DNA of 64,000 nucleotides from a virus (taxonomy: Duplodnaviria > Heunggongvirae > Uroviricota > Caudoviricetes), in IMG/VR virus record IMGVR_UViG_3300045993_000138. The stretch is one strand, 5' to 3'. Position 1 is the first letter of the stretch; the number at the start of each line of letters is the position of its first letter. The notes beneath the pieces are model-generated. The model saw nothing but the letters and a program-made list of their open reading frames with translations, made no database searches and was not told the DNA's origin. Made by a program: the position numbers and the translations under genes. Below, piece by piece: positions 9,837 through 20,012 of this stretch.

Positions 9837-10288
9837 ACAAGATTGGGAATAAATTCAAGTGGGGTACATATGACAACAATGGCAGGGTATGTCGTAAATG
9901 TCAGGTGTATAAAACTTGGGATAATTTTCATGCACACAGTGAATGTCCACATGGTAAAAACACTACATGTATAGATTGTAGAAAACCATTGTCCAAACAA
10001 CAATGGAAATCTAAAGACATTGTAAAGAAAATACTCCAGCGCGCAAAGAGTAGGGCTGTTTTAAGAGATAGAGATTTTGATATTGACGAAAGTGATATTG
10101 TGATTCCAGATATTTGTCCAGTTCTAAAAATACCGATGGTTCAACCTAGTATTGATAGAATTGATAACAGTAAAGGATATGTGAAAGGAAATGTTCGTAT
10201 CATTTCTAATAGAGCAAATACACTTAAAAACAATGCTGAAATTTGGGAATTGAAACTTATATTAGAAGATATGGAAAATCATGAGTAA
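9833..10288 (+). CDS. HNH endonuclease (HNH_3 / AP2-like) with N-terminal Cys-rich finger
   Basis: IDRIDNSKGYVKGNVRIISNRAN motif plus CRKCQ...CPHGKNTTCIDC. Apparent TTG start overlaps the nrdJ stop. Confidence 0.5.
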   Translation: MNKIGNKFKWGTYDNNGRVCRKCQVYKTWDNFHAHSECPHGKNTTCIDCRKPLSKQQWKSKDIVKKILQRAKSRAVLRDRDFDIDESDIVIPDICPVLKIPMVQPSIDRIDNSKGYVKGNVRIISNRANTLKNNAEIWELKLILEDMENHE

Positions 10289-11840
10289 TATGAAAGGCAT
10301 CCCCTCAGTGAGTTTTATCAATCTGAGGGAATGTAAATATAGACGATCCAAACTGCAAGAGCAATTAGATCAGCTTCGTGTTAAGACTAGACACGTTCAT
10401 ATTAATGAACGTTACTCTGACATCAAGAGTGAATTGAATGTAGAATGTCCAAGAGCCGATATCATGGATGATGTCGGTTTTGGAGTTACCATTTCTCATT
10501 TGGAATCAGTGAAATATTGGTATGAAAATACTAATGAACCTTATGCACTCTTCTGCGAAGACGATATTAATTTGATGACATCACAAAATTGGAATTTCAC
10601 ATTCCAAGATGTATTAGACAATCTTCCTAGTGATTGGGAAGCACTACAACTGATACGTATCAAAAATTTCAGCACTGGATATGATGGATCCGAAGGCATC
10701 AATTTCAGAGAAAGAGAATGGGACGATTGGGGTTGTGCTGCCGTATTCATGAAGAGAAGTTATGCCAGAAAACTTCTGGCAAGACATATTACTCCCACAG
10801 GATATAGATTAGATCTTGGACACATTCAACCTATTGTAGAGAATGTCATGCTATATGGACTAGGAAAGGTTTATAATCTACCTTTGTTCAGAGAATGGTT
10901 ATTCAAAGAATCTACAGATCCTTGGGATCTAGAACGTGGAGTGAAGGACGATCATAAGAAATCTAGTGATTTCATCCAAGATTTCTGGAGAAACAATACA
11001 AAATCCATAGAAGAGATAATGGGAACTGATAAGATGAAGCTTAGGGGATTTCCATCGATTACATATGTGAATTTGATCGGATCTGCCGATAGAAGAATGT
11101 TCATGGAGAATCAATTCAAAAAATACGATATTGAAAAACACACCAGACATAGTACACACAGATATGAAAACATATCAGACTGTTATACAGTTACGTGTAA
11201 AGGTCTGCTAGATCATGGGCATCCGGGGGTTGCTATTTCATTCTTAGAAGCTATTGAGGCTTGGTACGATCTGACAAATGAAGAATATGCAATATTCTGT
11301 GATGATGATTCTAGTTTTGAAAGCATTGATGATTGGTCTTTCACTTGGAAAGAATTCATGAAAAATCTTCCAGAAGATTGGGAATGTATTCAGTTGATTC
11401 GTATCAATGAGTGGGTCGATGGTGGCTACTTCAAGTATGATGAAACAGAGATTCCGGCACTCCGCATAAGAAAGAGACAGTGGGATGATTGGGGATCTTC
11501 GTTTATGCTTAAGCGTAGTTATGCCAAAAAATTGATTGATAAGTATAAAGTTGGTGATAGTTCATACGATTTTTCAATAGAAGATCCAGATTGGGGATAT
11601 CTACATCCTCTCATTGAGAACATTCTATTTCGAAATCTAGGTGTGGTCTACAGTTTTCCGTTGTTGTTGGAGCATCAATACTTTGATTCTTCGATTCATC
11701 CTGATTCGATTTCAAGAATCAGAGACACTGAGAACTTTAATCCTCTAAACCCTCACAATCTATCGTATACATATTATTCGAAGCTATGGAAAGAAGTCGG
11801 CAAAACAACTTCAATTGAACAAATGATGGGGAAAATTTGA
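10281..11840 (+). CDS. Tandem-domain glycosyltransferase family 25 (LPS-type beta-glycosyltransferase, Lic2B/LgtB-like)
   Basis: Two internally repeated ~240-aa units. Each starts with the GT25 motif (FINLRECKYRRSKL; VNLIGSADRRMF) and contains FC(E/D)DD and LP(S/E)DWE(A/C)(L/I)QLIRI. Confidence 0.55.
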   Translation: MSNMKGIPSVSFINLRECKYRRSKLQEQLDQLRVKTRHVHINERYSDIKSELNVECPRADIMDDVGFGVTISHLESVKYWYENTNEPYALFCEDDINLMTSQNWNFTFQDVLDNLPSDWEALQLIRIKNFSTGYDGSEGINFREREWDDWGCAAVFMKRSYARKLLARHITPTGYRLDLGHIQPIVENVMLYGLGKVYNLPLFREWLFKESTDPWDLERGVKDDHKKSSDFIQDFWRNNTKSIEEIMGTDKMKLRGFPSITYVNLIGSADRRMFMENQFKKYDIEKHTRHSTHRYENISDCYTVTCKGLLDHGHPGVAISFLEAIEAWYDLTNEEYAIFCDDDSSFESIDDWSFTWKEFMKNLPEDWECIQLIRINEWVDGGYFKYDETEIPALRIRKRQWDDWGSSFMLKRSYAKKLIDKYKVGDSSYDFSIEDPDWGYLHPLIENILFRNLGVVYSFPLLLEHQYFDSSIHPDSISRIRDTENFNPLNPHNLSYTYYSKLWKEVGKTTSIEQMMGKI

Positions 11841-11841
11841 T

Positions 11842-12822
11842 ATGGGAAATTTTGTAAAGCATGTATTGAATAATGGTGGAAGCATACACCCTCTGATCAT
11901 TCCAGCAGATCAGACAAACGGAACTGGAACATTCAATCCGTCCGTCTATAATGACAATGGAAAACTGATGTTCAATGTCAGGCATTGTCAAGTAACAATC
12001 TATCATTCAGAACTAGGTAAGTTCGAACATGAGTGGGGTCCACTGGTGTATCTAAATCCAGAGAATGATGTTACTCTGACAACCACCAATTTCTTCTGTC
12101 ATCTTAATGATGACTTGTCTATATCCAAGGTAGATAAGGTTAATTTTGACAAGTTCAATGTCAAGCCAATTTGGGAATTCATTGGTCTAGAAGACTGTCG
12201 AGTTTTTCGATGGGAAGGAAAGATGTACCTCTGTGGTGTACGCAGAGACACTACTACGAATGGTGTCGGCAGAATGGAACTCTCTGAAATTGAAATCGAT
12301 GAAAACGGAGTCAGGGAAGTATCCAGATTCAGAATTCCTGCACCAAATGACGATGGATCCTATTGCGAAAAGAACTGGATGCCAATTCTAGATATGCCAT
12401 TCCACTTTCTAAAGTGGTGTAATCCGGTAGATATTGTCAAGGTAGATCCAGTAGAAAAGACATGTAAGAACGTCATCGTGGGTAAACCACAGTTGAATGG
12501 AATCAGAGATCAACGTGGTGGATCACAGGTCATTCCATTGAAGAATGGCGAACATATGTGCATCACTCATGAGGTAGATCTATTCAAGAGTACCAATGGA
12601 AACAAGGATGCCACGTATAGACACAGAATCATTAGATTCGACAAGGATTGGAACGTTGCCAAGATTTCAGATCTATTCTCGTTCTTCGAAGCCGAGATTG
12701 AATTTTGTGCTGGCATGGCAGAACATGGTAACAATTATCTGATCACATTCGGAGTTACTGATAATGCTGCCTACTTACTTCGTTGCCCAAAGAAAGTGAT
12801 TGAGGATATCATCTATGGATAA
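11842..12822 (+). CDS. Hypothetical protein, possibly beta-propeller glycosidase/phosphorylase-like
   Basis: The GTGTFNPSV motif is reminiscent of GH43/GH130-type propellers. Weak evidence only. Confidence 0.35.
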   Translation: MGNFVKHVLNNGGSIHPLIIPADQTNGTGTFNPSVYNDNGKLMFNVRHCQVTIYHSELGKFEHEWGPLVYLNPENDVTLTTTNFFCHLNDDLSISKVDKVNFDKFNVKPIWEFIGLEDCRVFRWEGKMYLCGVRRDTTTNGVGRMELSEIEIDENGVREVSRFRIPAPNDDGSYCEKNWMPILDMPFHFLKWCNPVDIVKVDPVEKTCKNVIVGKPQLNGIRDQRGGSQVIPLKNGEHMCITHEVDLFKSTNGNKDATYRHRIIRFDKDWNVAKISDLFSFFEAEIEFCAGMAEHGNNYLITFGVTDNAAYLLRCPKKVIEDIIYG

Positions 12823-14872
12823 ACTACAGAATGCGCTGAATGAATTTTCCGTCGATACGGAAAATTCCGAGAAGAATTATCGACTAGCATTGTGCTATGA
12901 AGAAATCAAGCAGACTGCATCTGCCGTGACGTATTTCTTTAGAGCAGCCGAAAGAACCGAAGATAAGACTCTGGCATACGAATGTCTGGTGAAAATGGCA
13001 CTATGTTTTGAAAGACAGGGTAACAGAGAAAACACCGTCAGAAGAGTTCTACAGAGTGCAATAAGTCTTCTACCAAAAAGACCAGAAGCATACTTCCTAA
13101 TGAGTCGAGCGTTGGATAGAGTTCGTAGCTATGTCGATGGATATGTGTATTCACAAATAGCACTCGAAAACTGTGATTTTAACATTCCACCACTAAGATC
13201 ATATGTCGAATATCCCGGTAAGTATGGTGTCATATTCGAAAAGGCAGTCTGTGCATGGTGGTGGGGAAAGATTGAAGAGTCTACCAGTCTATTCTTTCAT
13301 CTACAGGATGTTTATGGAATGCAGTTGGATTCGGCGCACGCAAATGCCATTCAGTCTAATATCGATAAGCTGAATCTGAAAAGACCAAATACCAAGAAGA
13401 CAATCATCGATTGTTTCACATACTATGATGAAACGTGTCGAGAGATTCTGGAATTGAGATATAATGTTCTCAAGGATCATGTCGATAAGTTTGCCGTGTG
13501 TGAGTCTAATAAGACTCAGACTGGTGTTCCTATTGAAAGAAAACTAAGACAGACTATTGCCGAACTTGGTCTTGATGCTAGCAGGTTCATCATTGTGGAT
13601 CTTGATATTCCAGATGAAGATTCACTGGAAGTCAGAGAAATTGATAGAATGAATTGCTATGAAGACAAGAACGAAAGATCATACAAAGCAAGAGTCAGAG
13701 AACGTGTTCAGAAGAACTTCTTGAATTCGCCAAGAGTATTGAATCTGTTCGATAATAACACCTACTTCATCGTCAGTGATTGTGATGAAATTATCGATCC
13801 AAAAAACATCGAATTTGTCATGAATATGGCAGATCAATACCCAAACAACATTTTCAAGCTGCCACTGGCACACCTTGAAGGTAAGGCGAATCTTCGTGTA
13901 CTCAAGAGAAGTACCATGACACCAAAACCTTGGGATGGTGCAATGTTTGTGTGTAAGAAAGAACATCTGAGAAAGGCAGAAGTAATTCAGATCAGATCCA
14001 ATCTTGAGAATCCATTTCCAATTCTATATCTGACACAGGATGGAAAGAGAATCGAAGACTTCGGCTGGCACTTCTCTTGGATGGGAGATTCTTCAAGAAG
14101 ACTCAAGAAACTGGAAGGATTCGTACATAGTAACGAGAAGATGTCTATTCTTCAAACTGGAAGCTACGATTCCAAGGAAACTCTGGAAAGAATGGCAAAG
14201 GATCCAAGACCCGGAGACATGTCAGTAAGCTGCGAAGTGGACACAATTCTTGTGAAATATCCAGAAAACAAGCTTCCACCAGAGATAACACAGAACGAAA
14301 AGATGCGTGATTTTTTTTTAACTAAGGATGATACCGTGAGCAATGAAAATTTAACAGTTGAAGAACTACTAGAAAGTGAATATCAGCATTCATGTAATAA
14401 TGGAAGCGACATATATGCTCACGTTCCAACTCTAAGAAAGTATGCTTCTGAGTGTAAGCATGTCACCGAAATGGGTGTTCGCGACGGTCAATCGACCCGC
14501 GCATTGCTTCCAGAGAATGTAGTTCTTAGATCATATGACCTATTTCTAGATCCGTTGGTAACTGCCTTGTTTGTTAAGGCAAAATCCATCGGTAAGGATG
14601 TAGAATATTTGGTGGGTGATACACTAGCAATTGACATTGAAGAGACTGATTTATTGTTCCTAGATACAGAGCATACATACCAACAGGTGACTGGTGAATT
14701 GAATAGACATCATACGAAGGTCAGAAAGTATATCGCATTCCACGATACTGCCGAACCTTTCGTTGGTGAAGTTCTACCAGCAATCGTGGATTTCACAATT
14801 AGAAATCCAGAGTGGAAGTTTGTTTATCACAACAGAGACTGTCATGGATTTACAGTCATAGCAAAGGAGTAA
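12800..14872 (+). CDS. Multidomain protein: N-terminal TPR, central GT17-like glycosyltransferase, C-terminal class I SAM methyltransferase-like
   Basis: IIDCFTYYDETCREILELRYNVLKDHVDKFAVCESNKTQTG fits the Glyco_transf_17 signature (F.F.NE.D.LE.RL...VD.FVI.ES..TF.G). VTEMGVRDGQST is MTase motif I-like. N-terminal TPR-like helices. Alternative start at 12815. Confidence 0.5.
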   Translation: MRISSMDKLQNALNEFSVDTENSEKNYRLALCYEEIKQTASAVTYFFRAAERTEDKTLAYECLVKMALCFERQGNRENTVRRVLQSAISLLPKRPEAYFLMSRALDRVRSYVDGYVYSQIALENCDFNIPPLRSYVEYPGKYGVIFEKAVCAWWWGKIEESTSLFFHLQDVYGMQLDSAHANAIQSNIDKLNLKRPNTKKTIIDCFTYYDETCREILELRYNVLKDHVDKFAVCESNKTQTGVPIERKLRQTIAELGLDASRFIIVDLDIPDEDSLEVREIDRMNCYEDKNERSYKARVRERVQKNFLNSPRVLNLFDNNTYFIVSDCDEIIDPKNIEFVMNMADQYPNNIFKLPLAHLEGKANLRVLKRSTMTPKPWDGAMFVCKKEHLRKAEVIQIRSNLENPFPILYLTQDGKRIEDFGWHFSWMGDSSRRLKKLEGFVHSNEKMSILQTGSYDSKETLERMAKDPRPGDMSVSCEVDTILVKYPENKLPPEITQNEKMRDFFLTKDDTVSNENLTVEELLESEYQHSCNNGSDIYAHVPTLRKYASECKHVTEMGVRDGQSTRALLPENVVLRSYDLFLDPLVTALFVKAKSIGKDVEYLVGDTLAIDIEETDLLFLDTEHTYQQVTGELNRHHTKVRKYIAFHDTAEPFVGEVLPAIVDFTIRNPEWKFVYHNRDCHGFTVIAKE

Positions 14873-14875
14873 GGA

Positions 14876-15061
14876 ATGTCTTCATCAGACGCATATCTAG
14901 AAATGTCATGTAATAATTGCGAGTCTATATTTTCCATAGAATATATGGATGGAAATGTAAACGGTAGCCCAATCTATTGTCCGTTTTGCGGAGAAGTGAT
15001 TCAAGAAGATAACACATCATACAAGGACGACGAAGACAAAGAAGATCTTGACGAATATTGA
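14876..15061 (+). CDS. Small zinc-ribbon protein with acidic tail
   Basis: CNNCES...CPFCG. Confidence 0.3.
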   Translation: MSSSDAYLEMSCNNCESIFSIEYMDGNVNGSPIYCPFCGEVIQEDNTSYKDDEDKEDLDEY

Positions 15062-15102
15062 TCCACTATATACTATTGAACATATAATAATCGAGAACGC
15101 AT

Positions 15103-15711
15103 ATGGCAGAGACTCCTACAATTGGAATCGATTACTCTCTGAGTTGCCCTGCCATGTGCATAATGACTGCACCGAATATAGCTAATTGTGCCTTCTATTT
15201 TCTGACTGTACACAAAAGAATGGTTGGTACTGTTGACAGATATGTTGGATATGAACACAAGGAATACTACACAGAACAAGAACGTTACGATAACATAGCC
15301 GAGTTCTTTTTGAATAAGATTCCAATTCATCCGAAACCACCAAATATCTTTATTGAAGATTATTCGTTTGGTTCGAAAGGTAGAGTTTTTCACATTGCAG
15401 AAAATACTGGATTACTGAAATATAAGCTATGGGAAGTGGGGCTAAAGTTTGAGACTATACCACCCACAGTGATAAAGAAATTTGCTACATCGAAGGGCAA
15501 TGCTGACAAACAAAAAATGTATGATGCTTTTGTTGAGGAAACTGGTGTAAAGCTGATTCCGACGTTCTCCAAAACGGGTAAGTTGGATAGTCCAGTGACC
15601 GATATCGTAGACAGTTTTTATATCGCAAAATACGGCTATCATCTGACTCACTCACCAATTTTAGGGGAACAAGATGCAGACCACAAACATAAAAAGCTTA
15701 AAGCTAGATGA
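15103..15711 (+). CDS. RuvC-like Holliday junction resolvase (RNase H fold)
   Basis: Candidate catalytic residues: D in TIGIDYSLS, E in IFIEDYSF, and DxxD in TDIVDSFYIAKYG. Confidence 0.45.
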   Translation: MAETPTIGIDYSLSCPAMCIMTAPNIANCAFYFLTVHKRMVGTVDRYVGYEHKEYYTEQERYDNIAEFFLNKIPIHPKPPNIFIEDYSFGSKGRVFHIAENTGLLKYKLWEVGLKFETIPPTVIKKFATSKGNADKQKMYDAFVEETGVKLIPTFSKTGKLDSPVTDIVDSFYIAKYGYHLTHSPILGEQDADHKHKKLKAR

Positions 15712-16072
15712 AGATGATGTAGACGCAATCTCATTTTCGATGGATGCGGATGCGGGACAAGAAACTTGTTGGAATTTTAGCATAATGAAACTGACTGACA
15801 GACCAGAATTTTGGCATAACGAATTGGGATATAAGTATCAAGTAGTGCTTTACAAAGGCGATAGAGCCGAAGTTTTTGAAGCTATCATTGGAGATTTGAA
15901 ATATTACATCAACAACCTGATTGGCATCAAGCAAGAAGGTATGATCATGAAGAAGTGCAGCAAATCTGATGAGATCATGGAAAAGCTATTCAGAAAGAAG
16001 TATATTAATGAATTGTCTTATGGACTCGTTCAAATTGCTTCACAGAAGCAGAAGGAACTAGAAACGATATGA
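15674..16072 (+). CDS. Hypothetical protein
   Basis: ORF overlapping its neighbours in operon fashion. Confidence 0.3.
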   Translation: MQTTNIKSLKLDEDDVDAISFSMDADAGQETCWNFSIMKLTDRPEFWHNELGYKYQVVLYKGDRAEVFEAIIGDLKYYINNLIGIKQEGMIMKKCSKSDEIMEKLFRKKYINELSYGLVQIASQKQKELETI

Positions 16073-17016
16073 ATTATATTATAGCAGGGGGAGCGGGATT
16101 TCTCGGCTCACATTTGGCAAAAGCATTGATGGGGGAAGGTCATCATGTCACAATCCTCGATAACTTATGTACAGGGCAAATGGAAAACGTTAAGTCGCTA
16201 TTTGGAAGAGGCGATTTCTCTTTCATGCGTCTTGATATTAATGATCCTTGCCTTACCGATCATCTTGGCGACGGTCCTTATGACGGTATCTTTAATCTCG
16301 CTTGCCCTGCTAGTCCAATCCATTACCAAAACATCCCAATCGAAACCACATTAACATGTGTAGTTGGTTCGAACAATTTATTGATGTTGGCGAAGAAATA
16401 TGGGTGTAGAATTCTCCAAGCGTCTACTTCCGAGGTATACGGTGATCCAGAAATTACTCCGCAGCCTGAGACTTATGTGGGACACGTTAACAGCTATGGT
16501 CCCCGCGCCTGTTACGATGAAGGTAAGAGGGCTGCGGAAGCTTTGTTCTATGATTACAAGAGGATTCATAAGGTCGATACGAGGGTTGTTCGTATTTTCA
16601 ATACTTATGGTCCTAATATGTGCGTGGATGATGGTCGCGTGGTATCTAACTTCATAGTACAGGCACTCAGAGGAACTGACATCACAATCTATGGTGATGG
16701 ATATCAGACTAGATCCTTCTGTTATGTCGATGATCTGGTTCGTGGATTGATAACATTCTTCAATCAGAATGAAATCAACGGACCTATGAATCTTGGAAAT
16801 CCAGAAGAATTCACAATGCTTGAACTAGCAGAATCTATCATTGATTTGACTGGAAGCAAATCCAAGATCATTCATCTTCCACTTCCACAAGATGATCCAA
16901 CACAAAGATGTCCAGATATCACACTTGCGAATTCTATCGGTTGGAAGCCAAGCATTCTTTTAAATGAAGGATTGCCTCCAACTATTAACTATTTCAAGAC
17001 AAAACTGGCAGTTTGA
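16069..17016 (+). CDS. UDP-glucuronate decarboxylase / UDP-xylose synthase (SDR family)
   Basis: GGAGFLGSH Rossmann motif, YDEGKR catalytic YxxxK and the UXS-specific RIFNTYGP. Confidence 0.8.
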   Translation: MNYIIAGGAGFLGSHLAKALMGEGHHVTILDNLCTGQMENVKSLFGRGDFSFMRLDINDPCLTDHLGDGPYDGIFNLACPASPIHYQNIPIETTLTCVVGSNNLLMLAKKYGCRILQASTSEVYGDPEITPQPETYVGHVNSYGPRACYDEGKRAAEALFYDYKRIHKVDTRVVRIFNTYGPNMCVDDGRVVSNFIVQALRGTDITIYGDGYQTRSFCYVDDLVRGLITFFNQNEINGPMNLGNPEEFTMLELAESIIDLTGSKSKIIHLPLPQDDPTQRCPDITLANSIGWKPSILLNEGLPPTINYFKTKLAV

Positions 17017-17032
17017 CTATTAAAGAAACCTG

Positions 17033-17061
17033 TGCTATAATATATACTCCAAAGTAGAACT
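17033..17061 (+). promoter_or_regulatory. sigma70-type promoter (TTGACT-N17-TATAAT with TGn)
   Basis: Hexamers read directly from the sequence. Followed by an RBS and the ATG at 17074. Confidence 0.4.
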
Positions 17062-17073
17062 CTAGGAGTTTAT

Positions 17074-17376
17074 ATGATCAATCGATATGAAAGAATCCGC
17101 AAGATTCTAAAGAACAATGAAACCGTAGTTTCATTCGTAAAGCTTAATGGCGATCTTAGAACGATGCGCTGCACACTCAAGCCAGAACTTCTTCCAGAAG
17201 ACACTCGTACCACTGTCGAACAGGTTGTTGAATCAGAAGTAACTCCGACTGCCGTGCGTGTGTGGGATCTTGAAAAGACTGCATGGCGCTCTTTCCGTAT
17301 TGATGGTGAACTTCATGTGTCTTATGATAACACGACAATTCACTTTGACGCTGTTGATAGTGAGGAAGTTGTCTAA
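17074..17376 (+). CDS. Hypothetical protein
   Basis: ORF with RBS (AGGAG). Overlaps the next start. Confidence 0.35.
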   Translation: MINRYERIRKILKNNETVVSFVKLNGDLRTMRCTLKPELLPEDTRTTVEQVVESEVTPTAVRVWDLEKTAWRSFRIDGELHVSYDNTTIHFDAVDSEEVV

Positions 17377-18446
17377 TGGCAAGAGTCGCAAAGTCTGATA
17401 AGATTGTTCTAGATCCAGAACCAACTTATGAGAAGAAGAAGGCAGCAACACAAGAAGAACTTTGTGCTGCTCTTCGTTGGTATGTACACCACAAGAATGA
17501 GAAGGATGCCGCTAAATATCTTGGATGTGATCTAAAGCACGCCAAGAATAATTCTACGCTTGCTTGGGTCACACGCATGTTATCGCGTGGGTTCGTTCTC
17601 CCCAAGGGATCAAAGGCTTCATATGAAGAACTTAAGGCTCGCTATGAAAAGGAAGTTCACGCTTCGAAACCATCCGTTGAGATTGACGCTGATGGAAATG
17701 TGGTGGAAGTCAAGACTAACGTAATCAATCTGCAAGAACGCATCGCAGCAAAGACCGACCAACATATTGGTGAACTAGAAGGCATGATCGATGAATTCGG
17801 TTTCGGTGAGAAGCCATTCAATGCCTATGATTGGTTCATCGAACATGAAGTGAAGCCAATTCATGCCAACAAGATTGGTGAATACTTTCGCAATCGCGCA
17901 AAGGCATTTCTAGCGGCAGTAGAATCCAAGGATAAGGAATATCGTACTGCCCATCTGAACATTGGTAAGACTCGCGTTAAGTCTATTCTATCCGTAATGG
18001 CAAGTATTGTCAAGGATTCGGAACGCCTAGCGCAGAATGCCAATAAGATGCGTAAGCCACGTAAGAAGAAGGCAGTTTCTGCCGAGAAGTTGGTGTCTAA
18101 GCTTAATTTCAAGGAAAAGGATAATACCTTTAAGATTCAGTCCATCAATCCACAGACGATTGTTGGTGCGGCGCAGCTATGGGTGTTTAACACAAAAACC
18201 CGCCGACTTGCATTATATAATGCATCTGATCGTGGTGGTCTTTCACTAAAGGGATCAACTTTAAAGAATTTTGCAGACGATCTCAGCTTTTCGAAGACTT
18301 TGCGTAAGCCAGAAAAGGTCTTGACTTCCATTCTGGAAGGTGGTAAGATAGTACTTCGCCGCCTAATGGATGATATTAACGGGAAATCCTATAAACTGAA
18401 CGGTCGTATTAATAAGGACTGTGTAATCCTCCGAGCGGTGCATTAA
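17376..18446 (+). CDS. Hypothetical protein (356 aa)
   Basis: Long ORF. No motif recognised. Confidence 0.4.
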   Translation: MARVAKSDKIVLDPEPTYEKKKAATQEELCAALRWYVHHKNEKDAAKYLGCDLKHAKNNSTLAWVTRMLSRGFVLPKGSKASYEELKARYEKEVHASKPSVEIDADGNVVEVKTNVINLQERIAAKTDQHIGELEGMIDEFGFGEKPFNAYDWFIEHEVKPIHANKIGEYFRNRAKAFLAAVESKDKEYRTAHLNIGKTRVKSILSVMASIVKDSERLAQNANKMRKPRKKKAVSAEKLVSKLNFKEKDNTFKIQSINPQTIVGAAQLWVFNTKTRRLALYNASDRGGLSLKGSTLKNFADDLSFSKTLRKPEKVLTSILEGGKIVLRRLMDDINGKSYKLNGRINKDCVILRAVH

Positions 18447-18474
18447 TTCTAAATACTAATGCCAGAAAACCTAT

Positions 18475-19017
18475 TTGGGAGGACAGACTATGGTGATTCT
18501 ACAAACCAATCGTCTTAATAGAGAAGAACTTTCGATGGTCAAGAACTATTCGAAATTCGTCCTGAATAAATTCGTATCTAGGTCAATACAAAATAAATCA
18601 ATCATCAAAATACACATTGTGCATCCTAGCGACTTGGAGAACTATGCCGACGCAGATGACCTAAAGAAGTTTAGTGCTTGGGTTACATACGAAGGGATTC
18701 AGAATGACAAGAAGGTTTTCAAAGTCATAGTAAATCAATGTCAGGTGAATCGCAAGGCAAAGAAGACACTAGTTCGTTTAAGAAAGTTATTGATAGATTT
18801 GGGACATGAACTCGTTCATGTCAAGCAATATCTAAATAATGAAATGTTTGATTATGTGGCGGGTGGTGTAAGATATAAGGGATCATTTTTTGATCACTCA
18901 TACAAGAATGATGAAGAAGCTTACTATAATTCCCCTTGGGAGCTAGAAGCTTACGGAAGAGAGTTGGGACTATATAAAATGTTTAAGACACAGTTACTAG
19001 AGGAAGCAAAGACCTAA
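18475..19017 (+). CDS. Hypothetical protein with HExxH motif (possible small metallopeptidase-like)
   Basis: LIDLGHELVHVKQY. Weak. Confidence 0.3.
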   Translation: MGGQTMVILQTNRLNREELSMVKNYSKFVLNKFVSRSIQNKSIIKIHIVHPSDLENYADADDLKKFSAWVTYEGIQNDKKVFKVIVNQCQVNRKAKKTLVRLRKLLIDLGHELVHVKQYLNNEMFDYVAGGVRYKGSFFDHSYKNDEEAYYNSPWELEAYGRELGLYKMFKTQLLEEAKT

Positions 19018-19018
19018 A

Positions 19019-19204
19019 ATGTCCAAGATGAAGCATGAGTTCGAAGACAACGATTTCAGTGAATGGGGCGAATATAAGAAGACCAGTAAGAAGAAAGCCA
19101 AGCACCGAGAACAACGTGAATGGAAATTCGACAAGCGCAAGGATTACGATTCTGATGAGGGGTCTTTCAATGACGACGAGGATGACTATCGCGTAAGTCG
19201 TTGA
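19019..19204 (+). CDS. Small charged protein
   Basis: 61 aa, K/E/D-rich. Confidence 0.3.
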   Translation: MSKMKHEFEDNDFSEWGEYKKTSKKKAKHREQREWKFDKRKDYDSDEGSFNDDEDDYRVSR

Positions 19205-19217
19205 TAATATTATAGAA

Positions 19218-19250
19218 AATGGGGCTTGACTTTAAAGCCCCATTTATGTC
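19218..19250 (+). terminator. Rho-independent terminator
   Basis: GGGGCTTgactttAAAGCCCC hairpin followed by a T-run. Confidence 0.5.
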
Positions 19251-19260
19251 ATACTAAGGC

Positions 19261-19665
19261 ATGAATACGAATATTCCCACAGTTGGTTCGACAGTGCGTG
19301 TCACTACGCGACACAAGAACATTTACTATCTTACTGCGAATAAAGAACCGCACGTTTTCAACACGTATGAAGGAACGGTAATCCCTAACAACAAGTGGGA
19401 TGAACCATATACCTTCACGATGACTGGAACGAAGAATTTTCCGACTCGCAATATCCATATGGATTGTGTGACTCACATGAAGATTCTCAAGGGTTCTTCG
19501 AAGGCAATGGATAAGTCCATTCGCGCATTCAGAATTTCTTCGAAGTCCAGCGGCAAGGTTTATGTTGTAGTCAAGAATGGTACCAAGTACACTTGTGACT
19601 GCATGGGATTTCAATATCGCAAGCATTGTAAGCACATCGATGGTGTGCATAGGAAAGTGGGATGA
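19261..19665 (+). CDS. SWIM zinc-finger protein
   Basis: CDCMGFQYRKHCKHIDGVH matches the SWIM CxCxnCxH pattern. Confidence 0.4.
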   Translation: MNTNIPTVGSTVRVTTRHKNIYYLTANKEPHVFNTYEGTVIPNNKWDEPYTFTMTGTKNFPTRNIHMDCVTHMKILKGSSKAMDKSIRAFRISSKSSGKVYVVVKNGTKYTCDCMGFQYRKHCKHIDGVHRKVG

Positions 19666-19874
19666 TTAGAGAAGGAATTGCCAAAGATACTCTGTATAGA
19701 ACACTCACCGATCAGTTCAAGGTAGAATGTTCTGATCGTTCAAGTGAGATTGATCCAGAGAATGAACTTTGCTGGAAGAGTCTCACGGCAGGATGGGCAG
19801 TCGCAAAAGGTCTGCATCCAGAAGATGCATACGATTTTGCTGTCTACATTCGATATAAGACGGATCTAGGCTGA
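19662..19874 (+). CDS. Hypothetical protein
   Basis: ATGA-overlapped ORF. Confidence 0.3.
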   Translation: MIREGIAKDTLYRTLTDQFKVECSDRSSEIDPENELCWKSLTAGWAVAKGLHPEDAYDFAVYIRYKTDLG

Positions 19875-20012
19875 TGTTCGGTGAAGCATTCGGAATGATG
19901 TTCAAAAGTCTCAAAGTAACCTTTGTGGCAGCAGTTGTAATGTTCCCATTGGCTATTTGGAAACTGGTTGATATTTCGATTTGGATATACAATCGTCTAT
20001 AAATAGGTTTAT

